This document shows, in pieces, positions 1 through 8,190 of a stretch of 64,000 nucleotides of DNA. Under the pieces are notes generated by a model. That model was given only the letters and a program-made list of their open reading frames with translations, was not told where the DNA came from and made no database searches. Source of the stretch: a virus (lineage: Duplodnaviria; Caudoviricetes); IMG/VR virus record IMGVR_UViG_3300006056_000001, positions 96,001-160,000 of that record, one strand, 5' to 3'. The position numbers and the translations under genes are program-made. Every line of letters begins with the position of its first letter. The first letter of the stretch is position 1.

Positions 1-255
1 TGGGATCATTGTACTTCTTATACTAAGAAGTTGCATGGCAGAAATGTGATGATTATTACTAACCATCCTATCAAATTTGTATTGTGTTGGACTCAAGGCG
101 GGCTCCCTGTAGGAGGAACTGGCCTAGGTATTAGAATTGCAAATTATTACAAGATTCCTGTATATAACTTGTTTAATAAAGAAGTAAGAGATAGAATACA
201 AAAAATGATAGATGAAAACAACCAAGCGATCGAACATAAACAAACTGAAGTGTAA
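1..255 (+). CDS. DprA-like/SLOG-family protein, 5'-truncated by window edge
   Basis: Frame open from base 1; motif LHGRN..I....FVLCWT.GG...GGTG.GIRIA..Y.IPVYNL typical of phage SLOG/DprA-like proteins. Confidence 0.6.
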   Translation, partial: WDHCTSYTKKLHGRNVMIITNHPIKFVLCWTQGGLPVGGTGLGIRIANYYKIPVYNLFNKEVRDRIQKMIDENNQAIEHKQTEV

Positions 256-494
256 ATGTAGGCCCGCTTACCCAACTAATTATACTATTAATATATTAGA
301 TAAGAAATTAGATACTAAATCAAAACAATATAGATATTTATTACAGTGTGTATTGTGTAATACAAAATGGAGGTACTACACAACATTATTACAGCCTATT
401 ACTGATATTAATGTTAACCTACTTTTTTAAAGACTTTTTGTTTCCTTTGTCCCCTGTTTGTCAGCACTTTGCTGACGGTTTTCAAGAGAGAGAT

Positions 495-1019
495 ATGTCC
501 AAGAACAACAAGAACACCATGCCCAATTCCAAGACTTGTTTCGCTCACCCGCTCCTGAAGGAGGTTCACTTTCAGGTTCGCTGGGCTCGTGCGACCGATG
601 GCGGTGAGAATCGTGTCGCCATCTTCAGTATGGATGAGATCCATACTCCCACGGGTATCCGGATCGCTACCCACAACAGCCTGAATATTCTTCAGGTCAT
701 TCCTCGTGATGAGGACGTCGACACTCGTGTGATCGAGATCGGCAGCATGTCCAAGGACTTCGAGGACATGAAGGGTCGTCGCAAGATCTACAGCCACACG
801 TGGTACCCGGGTCGCAATGACACGACGGAAGCTCGTGATGCACATCGTCGCTTCGCCGATGACTGTGCCCAGGCTGTCAAGAACTTCATCGAGGAGAAGA
901 ACCAGGATGAAGATCGCCGTCGCAACCGGCGTGGTGAGGTCAACCACAACCCGCTCGCGGATCAGCTTCGTAGCTTGACCCGCCGTGGACGTGAGACCAC
1001 GACTTCCACGAGCGACTGA
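495..1019 (+). CDS. Hypothetical protein with GC-rich codon usage
   Basis: ATG at 495 in frame with ORF 348..1019, where GC content jumps; flanked by hairpins. Confidence 0.7.
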   Translation: MSKNNKNTMPNSKTCFAHPLLKEVHFQVRWARATDGGENRVAIFSMDEIHTPTGIRIATHNSLNILQVIPRDEDVDTRVIEIGSMSKDFEDMKGRRKIYSHTWYPGRNDTTEARDAHRRFADDCAQAVKNFIEEKNQDEDRRRNRRGEVNHNPLADQLRSLTRRGRETTTSTSD

Positions 1020-1049
1020 TGCAGATGCCAGGGATAGCCCTGGCTATAC

Positions 1050-1071
1050 GTGCCCGTAGCTCAGTTGGTAG
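1050..1071 (+). pseudogene. Orphan 5' fragment of a tRNA (acceptor strand to D-loop)
   Basis: GTGCCCG TA GCTC AGTTGGTAG, ending at the stop codon of the minus-strand HNH gene. Confidence 0.65.
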
Positions 1072-1072
1072 G

Positions 1073-1603
1073 TTAGATATAAGTTTTATTTAACCTGCCA
1101 TGTTCTTCTCTATGGCAGTTAGCACAAAGAAGAATACACTTATCTAATTCTATTTTACCTTCTATAGATAAAGGTCTTTTAGAAAATTTAGACATCTCAA
1201 AATCTTTTTCATTTTTGTTTTTATGATGAAATTCTAAAGCACCATTAAATTTATTATAACCACATATTTCACATTTACCTCCTTTATAATCTAATGCCTC
1301 TTGTTTATATTTTCTTAATCTATCAATAGCATTTCTATTGATACATTTTTTACACCAAGAACCTTGTCTTGGATGTTTTCCAGATTGAAAGTAATACTCA
1401 CCTTTAGATTTTAATATATTACAATTAGGACAAATTTTTTCTCCTATTTTATTTACTTTTTCTATATTTGATTCATTTTTCTTTATTTTATATTTAACTA
1501 AATAATATCTTATACTTGTTTGTGATTTATTTAGTTTTTTTCCTATATCTCTTTGAGATAAGTCTTGATTTATATATAAATCAATAAGTTGTTCTTTGTT
1601 CAT
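1073..1603 (-). CDS. HNH endonuclease with N-terminal HTH and zinc ribbon
   Basis: CEICGY...ALEFHH...KCILLCANCHREEH; N-terminal LSQRDIGKKLNKSQTSIRYYL. Confidence 0.9.
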   Translation of the reverse strand: MNKEQLIDLYINQDLSQRDIGKKLNKSQTSIRYYLVKYKIKKNESNIEKVNKIGEKICPNCNILKSKGEYYFQSGKHPRQGSWCKKCINRNAIDRLRKYKQEALDYKGGKCEICGYNKFNGALEFHHKNKNEKDFEMSKFSKRPLSIEGKIELDKCILLCANCHREEHGRLNKTYI

Positions 1604-1622
1604 GTTTTATGTCTTTTTCTAA

Positions 1623-1715
1623 TGGGATGTGACCGGAGCTAGGTCGACTGGACCAGCCTTTTAAGCTGGAGAGGGGTAACCCTCCGCGTGGGTTCGAATC
1701 CCACCATCCCAACCA
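1623..1715 (+). tRNA. tRNA-Lys(UUU) with long variable arm
   Basis: TGGGATG/CATCCCA-A-CCA; CCAGC-CTTTTAA-GCTGG; V arm GAGGG GTAA CCCTC; T arm GTGGG TTCGAAT CCCAC. Confidence 0.8.
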
Positions 1716-1758
1716 TTTTGCGTAGTTAATATTCATAATTATTAACAATTGAACTAAG

Positions 1759-1802
1759 CTTTTAAACCGTCAATGAAGGTTCAATTCCTTCCAGGCCTAC
1801 CA
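1759..1802 (+). pseudogene. Orphan 3' fragment of tRNA-Lys(UUU)
   Basis: CTTTTAA ACCGT CAAT GAAGG TTCAATT CCTTC CAGGCCT ACCA with no matching 5' half upstream. Confidence 0.65.
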
Positions 1803-1807
1803 TTTAC

Positions 1808-1884
1808 GGTCCCGTACCCCAATTGGCAGAGGGAGTTCACTCAAAATGAACCAGATGCCGGTTCGACTCCGGCCGGGACTACCA
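1808..1884 (+). tRNA. tRNA-Leu(CAA), short variable loop
   Basis: GGTCCCG/CGGGACT-A-CCA; GTTCA-CTCAAAA-TGAAC. Confidence 0.88.
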
Positions 1885-1984
1885 GTTACTGCCGGTTTGG
1901 ATTATACCGGAGGAAGGCGGTAATCCGAAGAATCTAGGGCTGTAACCTTACTTGGATAGTATTTCTAAGTTAAATAACTACCAT

Positions 1985-2073
1985 GCGGGTGTGGCGGAAT
2001 TGGCAGGCGCATGGGCCTTAAAAGCCCAGGAACAGGAATGTTCGTGTGGGTTCAAGTCCCACCACCCGTACCA
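1985..2073 (+). tRNA. tRNA-Leu(UAA)
   Basis: Type II cloverleaf; TGGGC-CTTAAAA-GCCCA; CCA end. Confidence 0.93.
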
Positions 2074-2445
2074 ATGAAAGCAGAATTCAAGTTTAGAGAA
2101 GGTACTCCAGACGCTGAGATATTAGATTTTTTCTATTTACACCTTACTCAATATTTTGATAATGGTTATACATTAGACCAATTAACAAAAAGACTTAAGA
2201 TTGATAAGAATATTTTAAATATTGAAATTACTATCAATGGTATTCCTATTAATACTAAACAAGCTATTATAGGATTACATAAAAGATATAACAATATGGT
2301 TAAAGACGGTATTAAAGAAGGACTAGATAATATTCTTTCTGGTAATGCCATGTTTGATAAAGTTAAAGACCAAATTCAAGAAATTGAGACTAAGCTCTCT
2401 TCTCTTAGTAATTGGTTAGATACAAACACTAAACCAATAAAATGA
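2074..2445 (+). CDS. Hypothetical protein
   Basis: ATG immediately after the tRNA-Leu CCA; the upstream part of ORF 2011 overlaps the tRNA. Confidence 0.65.
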   Translation: MKAEFKFREGTPDAEILDFFYLHLTQYFDNGYTLDQLTKRLKIDKNILNIEITINGIPINTKQAIIGLHKRYNNMVKDGIKEGLDNILSGNAMFDKVKDQIQEIETKLSSLSNWLDTNTKPIK

Positions 2446-3652
2446 AAACACTAAAAGAATTACTTTCAGAAGTATTAGGCGATTCAGAAAGATTTGGATA
2501 CCTAATGCTTGCTTGTGTTATTACTGTAGCTATTATTCTTATTTTTGGTGCGGTAAATAATAATATTAATAACAATACCGAACAACTAAAGCTTAGAATA
2601 GAAATTCTTAAGCAAAATCCATTGGAAGAAAATACTATCATTGTCAATGGCGTTAAGTACAGAAAAGTAGAGTAGTAATATGAAATATATTGCCATAGAA
2701 TCTGTTAAAAATATTGATAATAAAAGGGCTAAGGCCCGTATTGAGTATGCATATCATGATTTAACTGATGATATGCAAACAATATTAGTTATTGAGCATT
2801 TAATCTTTGATATTATTATCCATGGTACTTATTATGAAGTAGCTGCATTAGAAAAAGGTCAAAGATCTGATAGAGATCAATTATTAATCATCTCTAAAGC
2901 ACAGCGGTTAATGGATGACTACAAAGAATAAGAATCCTAAGGTAACTCTTGACAACTTTATTAAGTATCTTAGACTTATGTTTAGAGTTGATTATTTAGG
3001 AAGGGGCAAATTCTTGATACCAGGAGACCCTAATGTTATTGTATTTAGTAACTCTAATAAAAACATCAAATGGTATACTACAAAAGAAAATATCCACGCC
3101 GGTGGTAGGATTAAACAAGGTAGTTATCCTATCTACCATCCAAAAGAAACTCTTGTCAAATTCTTGCTTACAAATAGAAGCAGAAAAGTACTCACGGAAT
3201 GAAAAAAACTTCTAATTGGTATATCTTATTTTTAACATTAACTGTTATTCTTATCGTATATATAGCAACTATTTCTATTCCTGCTGCATTTATGTTTGTA
3301 TTTTATGCAACAATTATGGAAAGAAACAGTGATCTATTAAAAACAAACACTGCTATTAGACAGGTTAATATTACTTTGTTAAAAGAAAATAGCGAAATGC
3401 TTAATAAACTAAAAGAAGCTGCTACTATTTTGGCACAAAGACAAGCAGAAAAACAACAGTCTAAAGATATTATTGTTCCATCTCCTAGATTTAAAGAACT
3501 ACCGGATGAATTACAAGACGGATCGTCCGATAATGGTTGATTGGAAAGAAATTTTCAATCTAGACATTGCATTATGGACACTATATGTAGCCATTTGCAT
3601 GTTTGTAATACTTTTTTGTATTACTTTAGCTCATAATAATTACGTAAACTAA

Positions 3653-4081
3653 ATGGATTTAAAAGAATCATTAAAAATAGCACTTGCTGATACTTTTGCT
3701 ATGTATTGGAAGGCCCACGAGTTCCATTGGAACGTAGTAGGTCCTAACTTCAGCGAATATCATTCTTTCTTTGGTGATTTATATGATGAACTTTGGGATG
3801 CATTAGATGTTATTGCTGAGCAAATTAGAATGCAAAAGACATTTATTCCTTCTTTAGAGAGACTATTATCTGTAAAGACTATTTCTGTATCTACTGGTCC
3901 TGTAGAGGCTTCTGTTATGATGAAGCAGCTATTACAAGATAATAAGAAAGTAATGGAATCATTACAATCAGCATATACTCTTGCTGAAGAAGCAGGTGAA
4001 TTTGCTTTATCAAATATTATACAAGATAGACTAAGCGCCCATGCTAAACATGGCTGGATGCTTGAATCATTTACTCAGTAA
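3653..4081 (+). CDS. dps: Dps / ferritin-like DNA protection protein
   Basis: KAHEFHWNVVGPNFSEYHSFF..LY.E.....D.IAE.IR and terminal KHGWML. Confidence 0.93.
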   Translation: MDLKESLKIALADTFAMYWKAHEFHWNVVGPNFSEYHSFFGDLYDELWDALDVIAEQIRMQKTFIPSLERLLSVKTISVSTGPVEASVMMKQLLQDNKKVMESLQSAYTLAEEAGEFALSNIIQDRLSAHAKHGWMLESFTQ

Positions 4082-4089
4082 ATGAGCAT

Positions 4090-4175
4090 GCCGGTGTGGC
4101 GAAATGGCAGTTGCGCGAGATTTAGGTTCTCGTGTCCGTAAGGACGTGTGGGTTCAAGTCCCTCCATCGGCACCA
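4090..4175 (+). tRNA. tRNA-Leu(UAG)
   Basis: Type II cloverleaf; CGAGA-TTTAGGT-TCTCG; CCA. Confidence 0.93.
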
Positions 4176-4232
4176 TTAACTAGAATAGTAATGTTCTAAA
4201 ACGTATAAGCTCAACTTGTTTCGGATAAGAAA

Positions 4233-5822
4233 ATGAATAAAAACCTTTTTAGCAATAAAACTCCTGGAAAGACTATCCCAGCTCCAAATACTGTTAATAA
4301 TGCTGGTGGACTTGCTTACTTAAGAGATGATGAATCTCAGTTAGCACAACTAGCTATTACAGGTTGCTTTGGAAATACTTACTATGTAAGTGCAGATAGC
4401 CAGCTAAAAGACGTTATTGCTTTAGCAAAGAAGTGCTCTCCTTTGTTTGTAGCACAAACGGCTATCTATGCTCGTAAGCAGGGCATGATGAAGGATATGC
4501 CGGCTGTATTAGCTGCTGTACTATCTACCAGAGATCTTCCTCTATTAAAGCAGATCTTCCCTGTTGTTATTGATAATGTTAAAATGTTACGTAACTTTGT
4601 ACAAGTTATTAGATCTGGCGTAGTAGGAAGAAAGAGCTTTGGTACTGCTCTAAAGAATCTGATACGTCAATATTTTAACAACAAGACGCCTGAGCAACTA
4701 TTTAAGCAGTCTCTTGGTACTTCTCCTTCCATTGGAGATATTATCAAGATGGTACATCCTAAGCCGAAGGATGAGGCTACTTCTATGACTTTTGCTTACT
4801 TAACTGGTAAGGAAGTCTTAGCTAAGGGCGCTCTACCCCAGCTATTACAGGATTACATGGCATTCCGTGAAGATCAGACTAAGGCTATGCCTAATCTGAA
4901 TTTCCAGTTCCTTTCTAGTCTACCTTTGACTAAGGAACAATGGACTCAGCTTTGTCTGACGTCTACATATAATACTTTACGTATGAACTTGAATACTTTT
5001 AATAGACATGGTGTATTTAAGGATAATACTGTAACTTCTAAGGTTATTGCCCGCTTGACTGATCCTAAGGAGATCAAGAAGAGCAAGGTAATGCCTTATC
5101 AGATTTATAGCGCATATAAGCATATTGATAGTGAATTGCCTCCTGGTATGGCTCAAGCTCTTGCCAAGGCTGCAGATATTTCCTTAGATAATATTCCTGA
5201 CTTACCTGCTAACTTGGTTATTGGTCTAGATACCAGTGGTAGTATGAGTTCTACTGTTACTGGTAATCGTGGAAGTGCTTCTTCCAAGATGAAGTATATT
5301 GATGTAGCTGCCTTGATGGCAGCAGCTATTGTGTCTAAGTGTCCAACTGCTACTGTTATTCCTTTTGATACTCGTTATCATAAAGGATTTAAGATGAAGG
5401 GTAGTATCGTAGATACTGCTGAAGCTTTATCTAAGTTTGGTGGCGGTGGTACTGAATGTTCTATTCCTATTCAAGAAGCAGCTAAGATGTCTAATGTAGA
5501 TGCTATTATAATTATCTCTGATAATGAGAGCTGGGCTTCTACTGCTCGCGACTCCATGACTGAATGGAGAAAGGTACAGAAGAAGAATCCTAATGCTAAG
5601 TTAATTAATATTGATATATCACCCTCACACTCTACCCAAACAAAGGATGAGCAAAATATTATAAATATTGGTGGATTTTCTGACTCTGTATTTAATGTTA
5701 TCTCTAACTATTTAAGTGGATCCATTGATCAGTGGATTGAAATTATTGAGAAAATCGATATTAGTAATACTCCTGTGACTACTACGTCTGTAGAGACGTC
5801 TGTAGAAAATACAGAAGAGTAA
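4233..5822 (+). CDS. Ro60/Rsr-like RNA-binding protein (TROVE + vWA)
   Basis: N-terminal NNAGGLAY...LAQLAITGCFGNTYY; MLRNFVQVIRSG..GRKS.G; vWA MIDAS LDTSGSM, GGGT, ISDNESW. Confidence 0.95.
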   Translation: MNKNLFSNKTPGKTIPAPNTVNNAGGLAYLRDDESQLAQLAITGCFGNTYYVSADSQLKDVIALAKKCSPLFVAQTAIYARKQGMMKDMPAVLAAVLSTRDLPLLKQIFPVVIDNVKMLRNFVQVIRSGVVGRKSFGTALKNLIRQYFNNKTPEQLFKQSLGTSPSIGDIIKMVHPKPKDEATSMTFAYLTGKEVLAKGALPQLLQDYMAFREDQTKAMPNLNFQFLSSLPLTKEQWTQLCLTSTYNTLRMNLNTFNRHGVFKDNTVTSKVIARLTDPKEIKKSKVMPYQIYSAYKHIDSELPPGMAQALAKAADISLDNIPDLPANLVIGLDTSGSMSSTVTGNRGSASSKMKYIDVAALMAAAIVSKCPTATVIPFDTRYHKGFKMKGSIVDTAEALSKFGGGGTECSIPIQEAAKMSNVDAIIIISDNESWASTARDSMTEWRKVQKKNPNAKLINIDISPSHSTQTKDEQNIINIGGFSDSVFNVISNYLSGSIDQWIEIIEKIDISNTPVTTTSVETSVENTEE

Positions 5823-5829
5823 CACATCT

Positions 5830-5919
5830 TGGTGAATGCAGAGTAGGATTACATTGTAACCATAATAACAAGCGGCCTTAGAAAGGCCGTTAAAACGGTC
5901 TTACTCACTTTTGTCACCA
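5830..5919 (+). ncRNA. Y RNA-like unit 1 (short, hairpin cargo)
   Basis: TGGTGA-ATGC...TTG-TCACCA closing stem; inner GAGTAGGA/TCTTACTC stem followed by TTACA. Confidence 0.7.
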
Positions 5920-5931
5920 TTTCATTATTCT

Positions 5932-5997
5932 AGCGGATGCTGACAGGACTACATTACTTGCTTTGTAAACATAGTGTCTTGTTAATAACTTGCCGCT
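5932..5997 (+). ncRNA. Y RNA-like unit 2 (minimal)
   Basis: AGCGG-ATGC...TTG-CCGCT; inner TGACAGGA/TCTTGTTA; CTACA. Confidence 0.65.
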
Positions 5998-6004
5998 TTA
6001 TTCT

Positions 6005-6132
6005 TGACGAATGCTCGAAGGGTTTACATTCATACGGAGAACGTGGACCAGGTGCGATTCCTGGAACCCCGACCATCGGGGTCATGGTGTAACAGTAGCA
6101 CACGAAAATAGACTCTTCAATTCTTGTCGTCA
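6005..6132 (+). ncRNA. YrlA-like Y RNA unit 3 with permuted tRNA domain
   Basis: TGACGA-ATGC...TTG-TCGTCA; T arm CCAGG TGCGATT CCTGG, acceptor stem with ACCA loop, then D arm. Confidence 0.8.
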
Positions 6133-6141
6133 TTTCTTTAT

Positions 6142-6275
6142 TGATCGAATGCTCTAAGGGATTACAATTCACTGTTAATGAAAAGGTCGTTGGTTCGAGT
6201 CCAACCCACCCCGCCAATGGGGTGGTAGCTCAGTTGGTAGAGCGTTAAAATAGTCTCTTAAATTTTTGTCGATCA
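6142..6275 (+). ncRNA. YrlA-like Y RNA unit 4 containing a complete permuted tRNA-Asn(GUU)
   Basis: TGATCGA-ATGC...TTG-TCGATCA; order anticodon arm, T arm, acceptor (GCCA), D arm. Confidence 0.82.
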
Positions 6276-6284
6276 TATTTTTCT

Positions 6285-6418
6285 ATAAGTGAATGCCTGA
6301 AAGGAATTACATTTTTTTTGAACAAAGAGGGACTGGGTTCGAATCCCAGCTTAGCTCGAAAGAGCTATGTGTTGTAATGGTAGCACTAAAACAATTTCTT
6401 TCGATTCTTGTCACTTAT
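6285..6418 (+). ncRNA. YrlA-like Y RNA unit 5
   Basis: ATAAGTGA-ATGC...TTG-TCACTTAT; T arm CTGGG TTCGAAT CCCAG; TAGCTC-GAAA-GAGCTA; D-like arm. Confidence 0.8.
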
Positions 6419-6424
6419 TTTCCT

Positions 6425-6547
6425 TCCGAATGCAGTTAGGACTACAATAACACTCTGGTGGTCAGAGGTTCAATTCCTCTAGTCCGCGAAAGCGGGCATA
6501 GCTCAGTGGTAGAGCACCAGATAAAGGTCTTAACAAATATCGTCGGA
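6425..6547 (+). ncRNA. YrlA-like Y RNA unit 6 (canonical layout)
   Basis: TCCGA-ATGC...TCG-TCGGA; T arm AGAGG TTCAATT CCTCT; GAAA-closed acceptor; D arm GCTC AGTGGTA GAGC. Confidence 0.82.
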
Positions 6548-6568
6548 TTTTCTTTTTAGAATAACAAA

Positions 6569-7114
6569 ATGATAGAATTCTTCACAGGACTGATTCTTGG
6601 ATTAGGATGGTGGTGGATTCCTATCCTTTCATTAGGCTCTATTATTCTAGATAGAACTGAACATTATTTTTGGTCATTAGTAACTACTATTCTTATCTTT
6701 GTTTCTTGTTTAGTATTACTTAATCTTTCTTGGCAGTATATATTTTATATTGCTATTTTTTACATTCCAGTAGGATTTTTATGGTCCTTCTGGAGATGGT
6801 ATCAAAATTGTAAGAAAGTAATTAACGAAATAGAAGATAAATATAATAGTAATTATATTCCTAGTAATTATACACTAGACAACTTAGAAGATAAGGTTGC
6901 AATTCATCTTAACTTACATAGAATTACTGGGTGGGTATTATCCTGGCCAGTAAGTATTTTCTGTTATTTACTTGAAGATGTACTAGTATCTATTGAAAAA
7001 ACTATTAGAAATATATCTAAGTATACATATACAAAATGGTCTGATGAAGCTGTCTCTAAAATTAGAGATATTAAAAATAAAAAAGAATCTAAAGACTTAG
7101 AAGATTACAGTTAA
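6569..7114 (+). CDS. Membrane protein
   Basis: Several hydrophobic helices; GFLWSFWRW and I.GWVLSWP motifs. Confidence 0.7.
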   Translation: MIEFFTGLILGLGWWWIPILSLGSIILDRTEHYFWSLVTTILIFVSCLVLLNLSWQYIFYIAIFYIPVGFLWSFWRWYQNCKKVINEIEDKYNSNYIPSNYTLDNLEDKVAIHLNLHRITGWVLSWPVSIFCYLLEDVLVSIEKTIRNISKYTYTKWSDEAVSKIRDIKNKKESKDLEDYS

Positions 7115-7130
7115 GTATATTGATCTTTAA

Positions 7131-7207
7131 CCCCAGGTAGCTCAGTTGGTTAGAGTTTTCGTCTGATAAGCGAAGGGTCGGAGGTTCGAGTCCTCCCCTG
7201 GGGACCA
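7131..7207 (+). tRNA. tRNA-Ile(GAU)
   Basis: TTCGT-CTGATAA-GCGAA; full cloverleaf with CCA. Confidence 0.93.
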
Positions 7208-7210
7208 CAT

Positions 7211-7286
7211 GGGGTCGTAGTTCAATTGGCAGAACATTGGCTTTGCAAGTCAAGGGTTGAGGGTTCAAGTCCCTCCGATTCCACCA
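7211..7286 (+). tRNA. tRNA-Ala(UGC)
   Basis: TTGGC-TTTGCAA-GTCAA; G3:U70; CCA. Confidence 0.93.
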
Positions 7287-7302
7287 ACTTACAGCAAAAA
7301 AA

Positions 7303-7803
7303 ATGAAAACCAACGGATACAGTCTTCAACTTAAGATCAAAGATCTCAAGAATGAAGTAGAGTCATATTCTATTCAGTTCGCCAACGGCAGCACCAAGTT
7401 TTCTGATGAAGAGAAGCTTGGTGTCAAAGAAGCTTATGATGCTTTTGCCAAGGCTGAAAAAGAGCTAGCTAGGCTACAGACCGCCCAAACTCTCTACAAT
7501 CTCCAGGTCAAGGTCGTTGTTCTAAACGAACGTATGACCCTCTGTGAGGCTATTAAGAGGGTTGGTGGAGCAGGTCGTGCTGAAGCTATGTGGAAGGGCC
7601 TTGTAGCTCCCAAGAAGGATCGCTACATGCGTGATGAGACTGCCGTCCGAGAGGAAGGTAAGTCCTATGCTCCCAAGACCTACACTGTTGCAGAAGCTCA
7701 GGCCCAGCTTAGAGCTAGTGCAACTTATGCTTCGTCTCTCAGAGCTGCCATTCAAGAGGCTAATGGCACTGTAATCGAAATTCCAGACGCAGAGCTGGCG
7801 TAA
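7303..7803 (+). CDS. Coiled-coil protein, possibly DUF6847/DIP1984-like
   Basis: Helical hairpin pattern with YNLQVKV...MTLCEAI and LRAAIQEANGTV.IEI. Confidence 0.55.
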   Translation: MKTNGYSLQLKIKDLKNEVESYSIQFANGSTKFSDEEKLGVKEAYDAFAKAEKELARLQTAQTLYNLQVKVVVLNERMTLCEAIKRVGGAGRAEAMWKGLVAPKKDRYMRDETAVREEGKSYAPKTYTVAEAQAQLRASATYASSLRAAIQEANGTVIEIPDAELA

Positions 7804-7832
7804 TAGCCGGCCTTGTGACTAGATAAGTCAGG

Positions 7833-8081
7833 TGATTACTAATCGCATACCTTAATTGGTACGGAAAAGATATTAGTTTCGCTACCTTTCTAATTCCTTA
7901 CACGGCCTAATAAGGGTGACACCATCTAAATAGGCTGCAGGGCTAAGTAACAGTAGCATTTACTTATCAAGAATTTCCTTTGTCCTATTACCTGACTTCC
8001 ATGTGATTGTACAGTTTAGGGTAAGTAAATCAGTAGAAATACTGATCTAAAGCGCCTAAATAATATTAAAATTAGTAATCA
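7833..8081 (+). ncRNA. Candidate structured ncRNA
   Basis: Perfect 11-bp terminal pairing TGATTACTAAT/ATTAGTAATCA, internal GAAA hairpin, no ORF. Confidence 0.5.
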
Positions 8082-8190
8082 AGTAGATACTAAGTTCTTA
8101 TTGGTCCCTAGGTTTTCTAAAAAGGGAACAAACCTAAGTAACAAACTTGATGCTAGTATCCTTCTTAATTCTATTTACAATCACATATAT

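Noticed and set aside
414-947. 177-aa minus-strand ORF
   Set aside because: Exact antisense shadow of the codon-biased gene 495-1019
4176-4210. Recurrent ACGTA(T/A)A motif (also near 3642, 30717, 59420) as a phage-sigma promoter
   Set aside because: Too short for an AT-rich genome and upstream spacing inconsistent; needs motif statistics
5954-6217. 87-aa minus-strand ORF (also 7089-7313, 8134-8325, 13694-13927, 22368-22604)
   Set aside because: Antisense translations of tRNA or Y RNA sequence
5830-6547. Possible CRISPR array
   Set aside because: Units share structure and short motifs, not identical direct repeats; cargo is tRNA-like; no cas genes in the window
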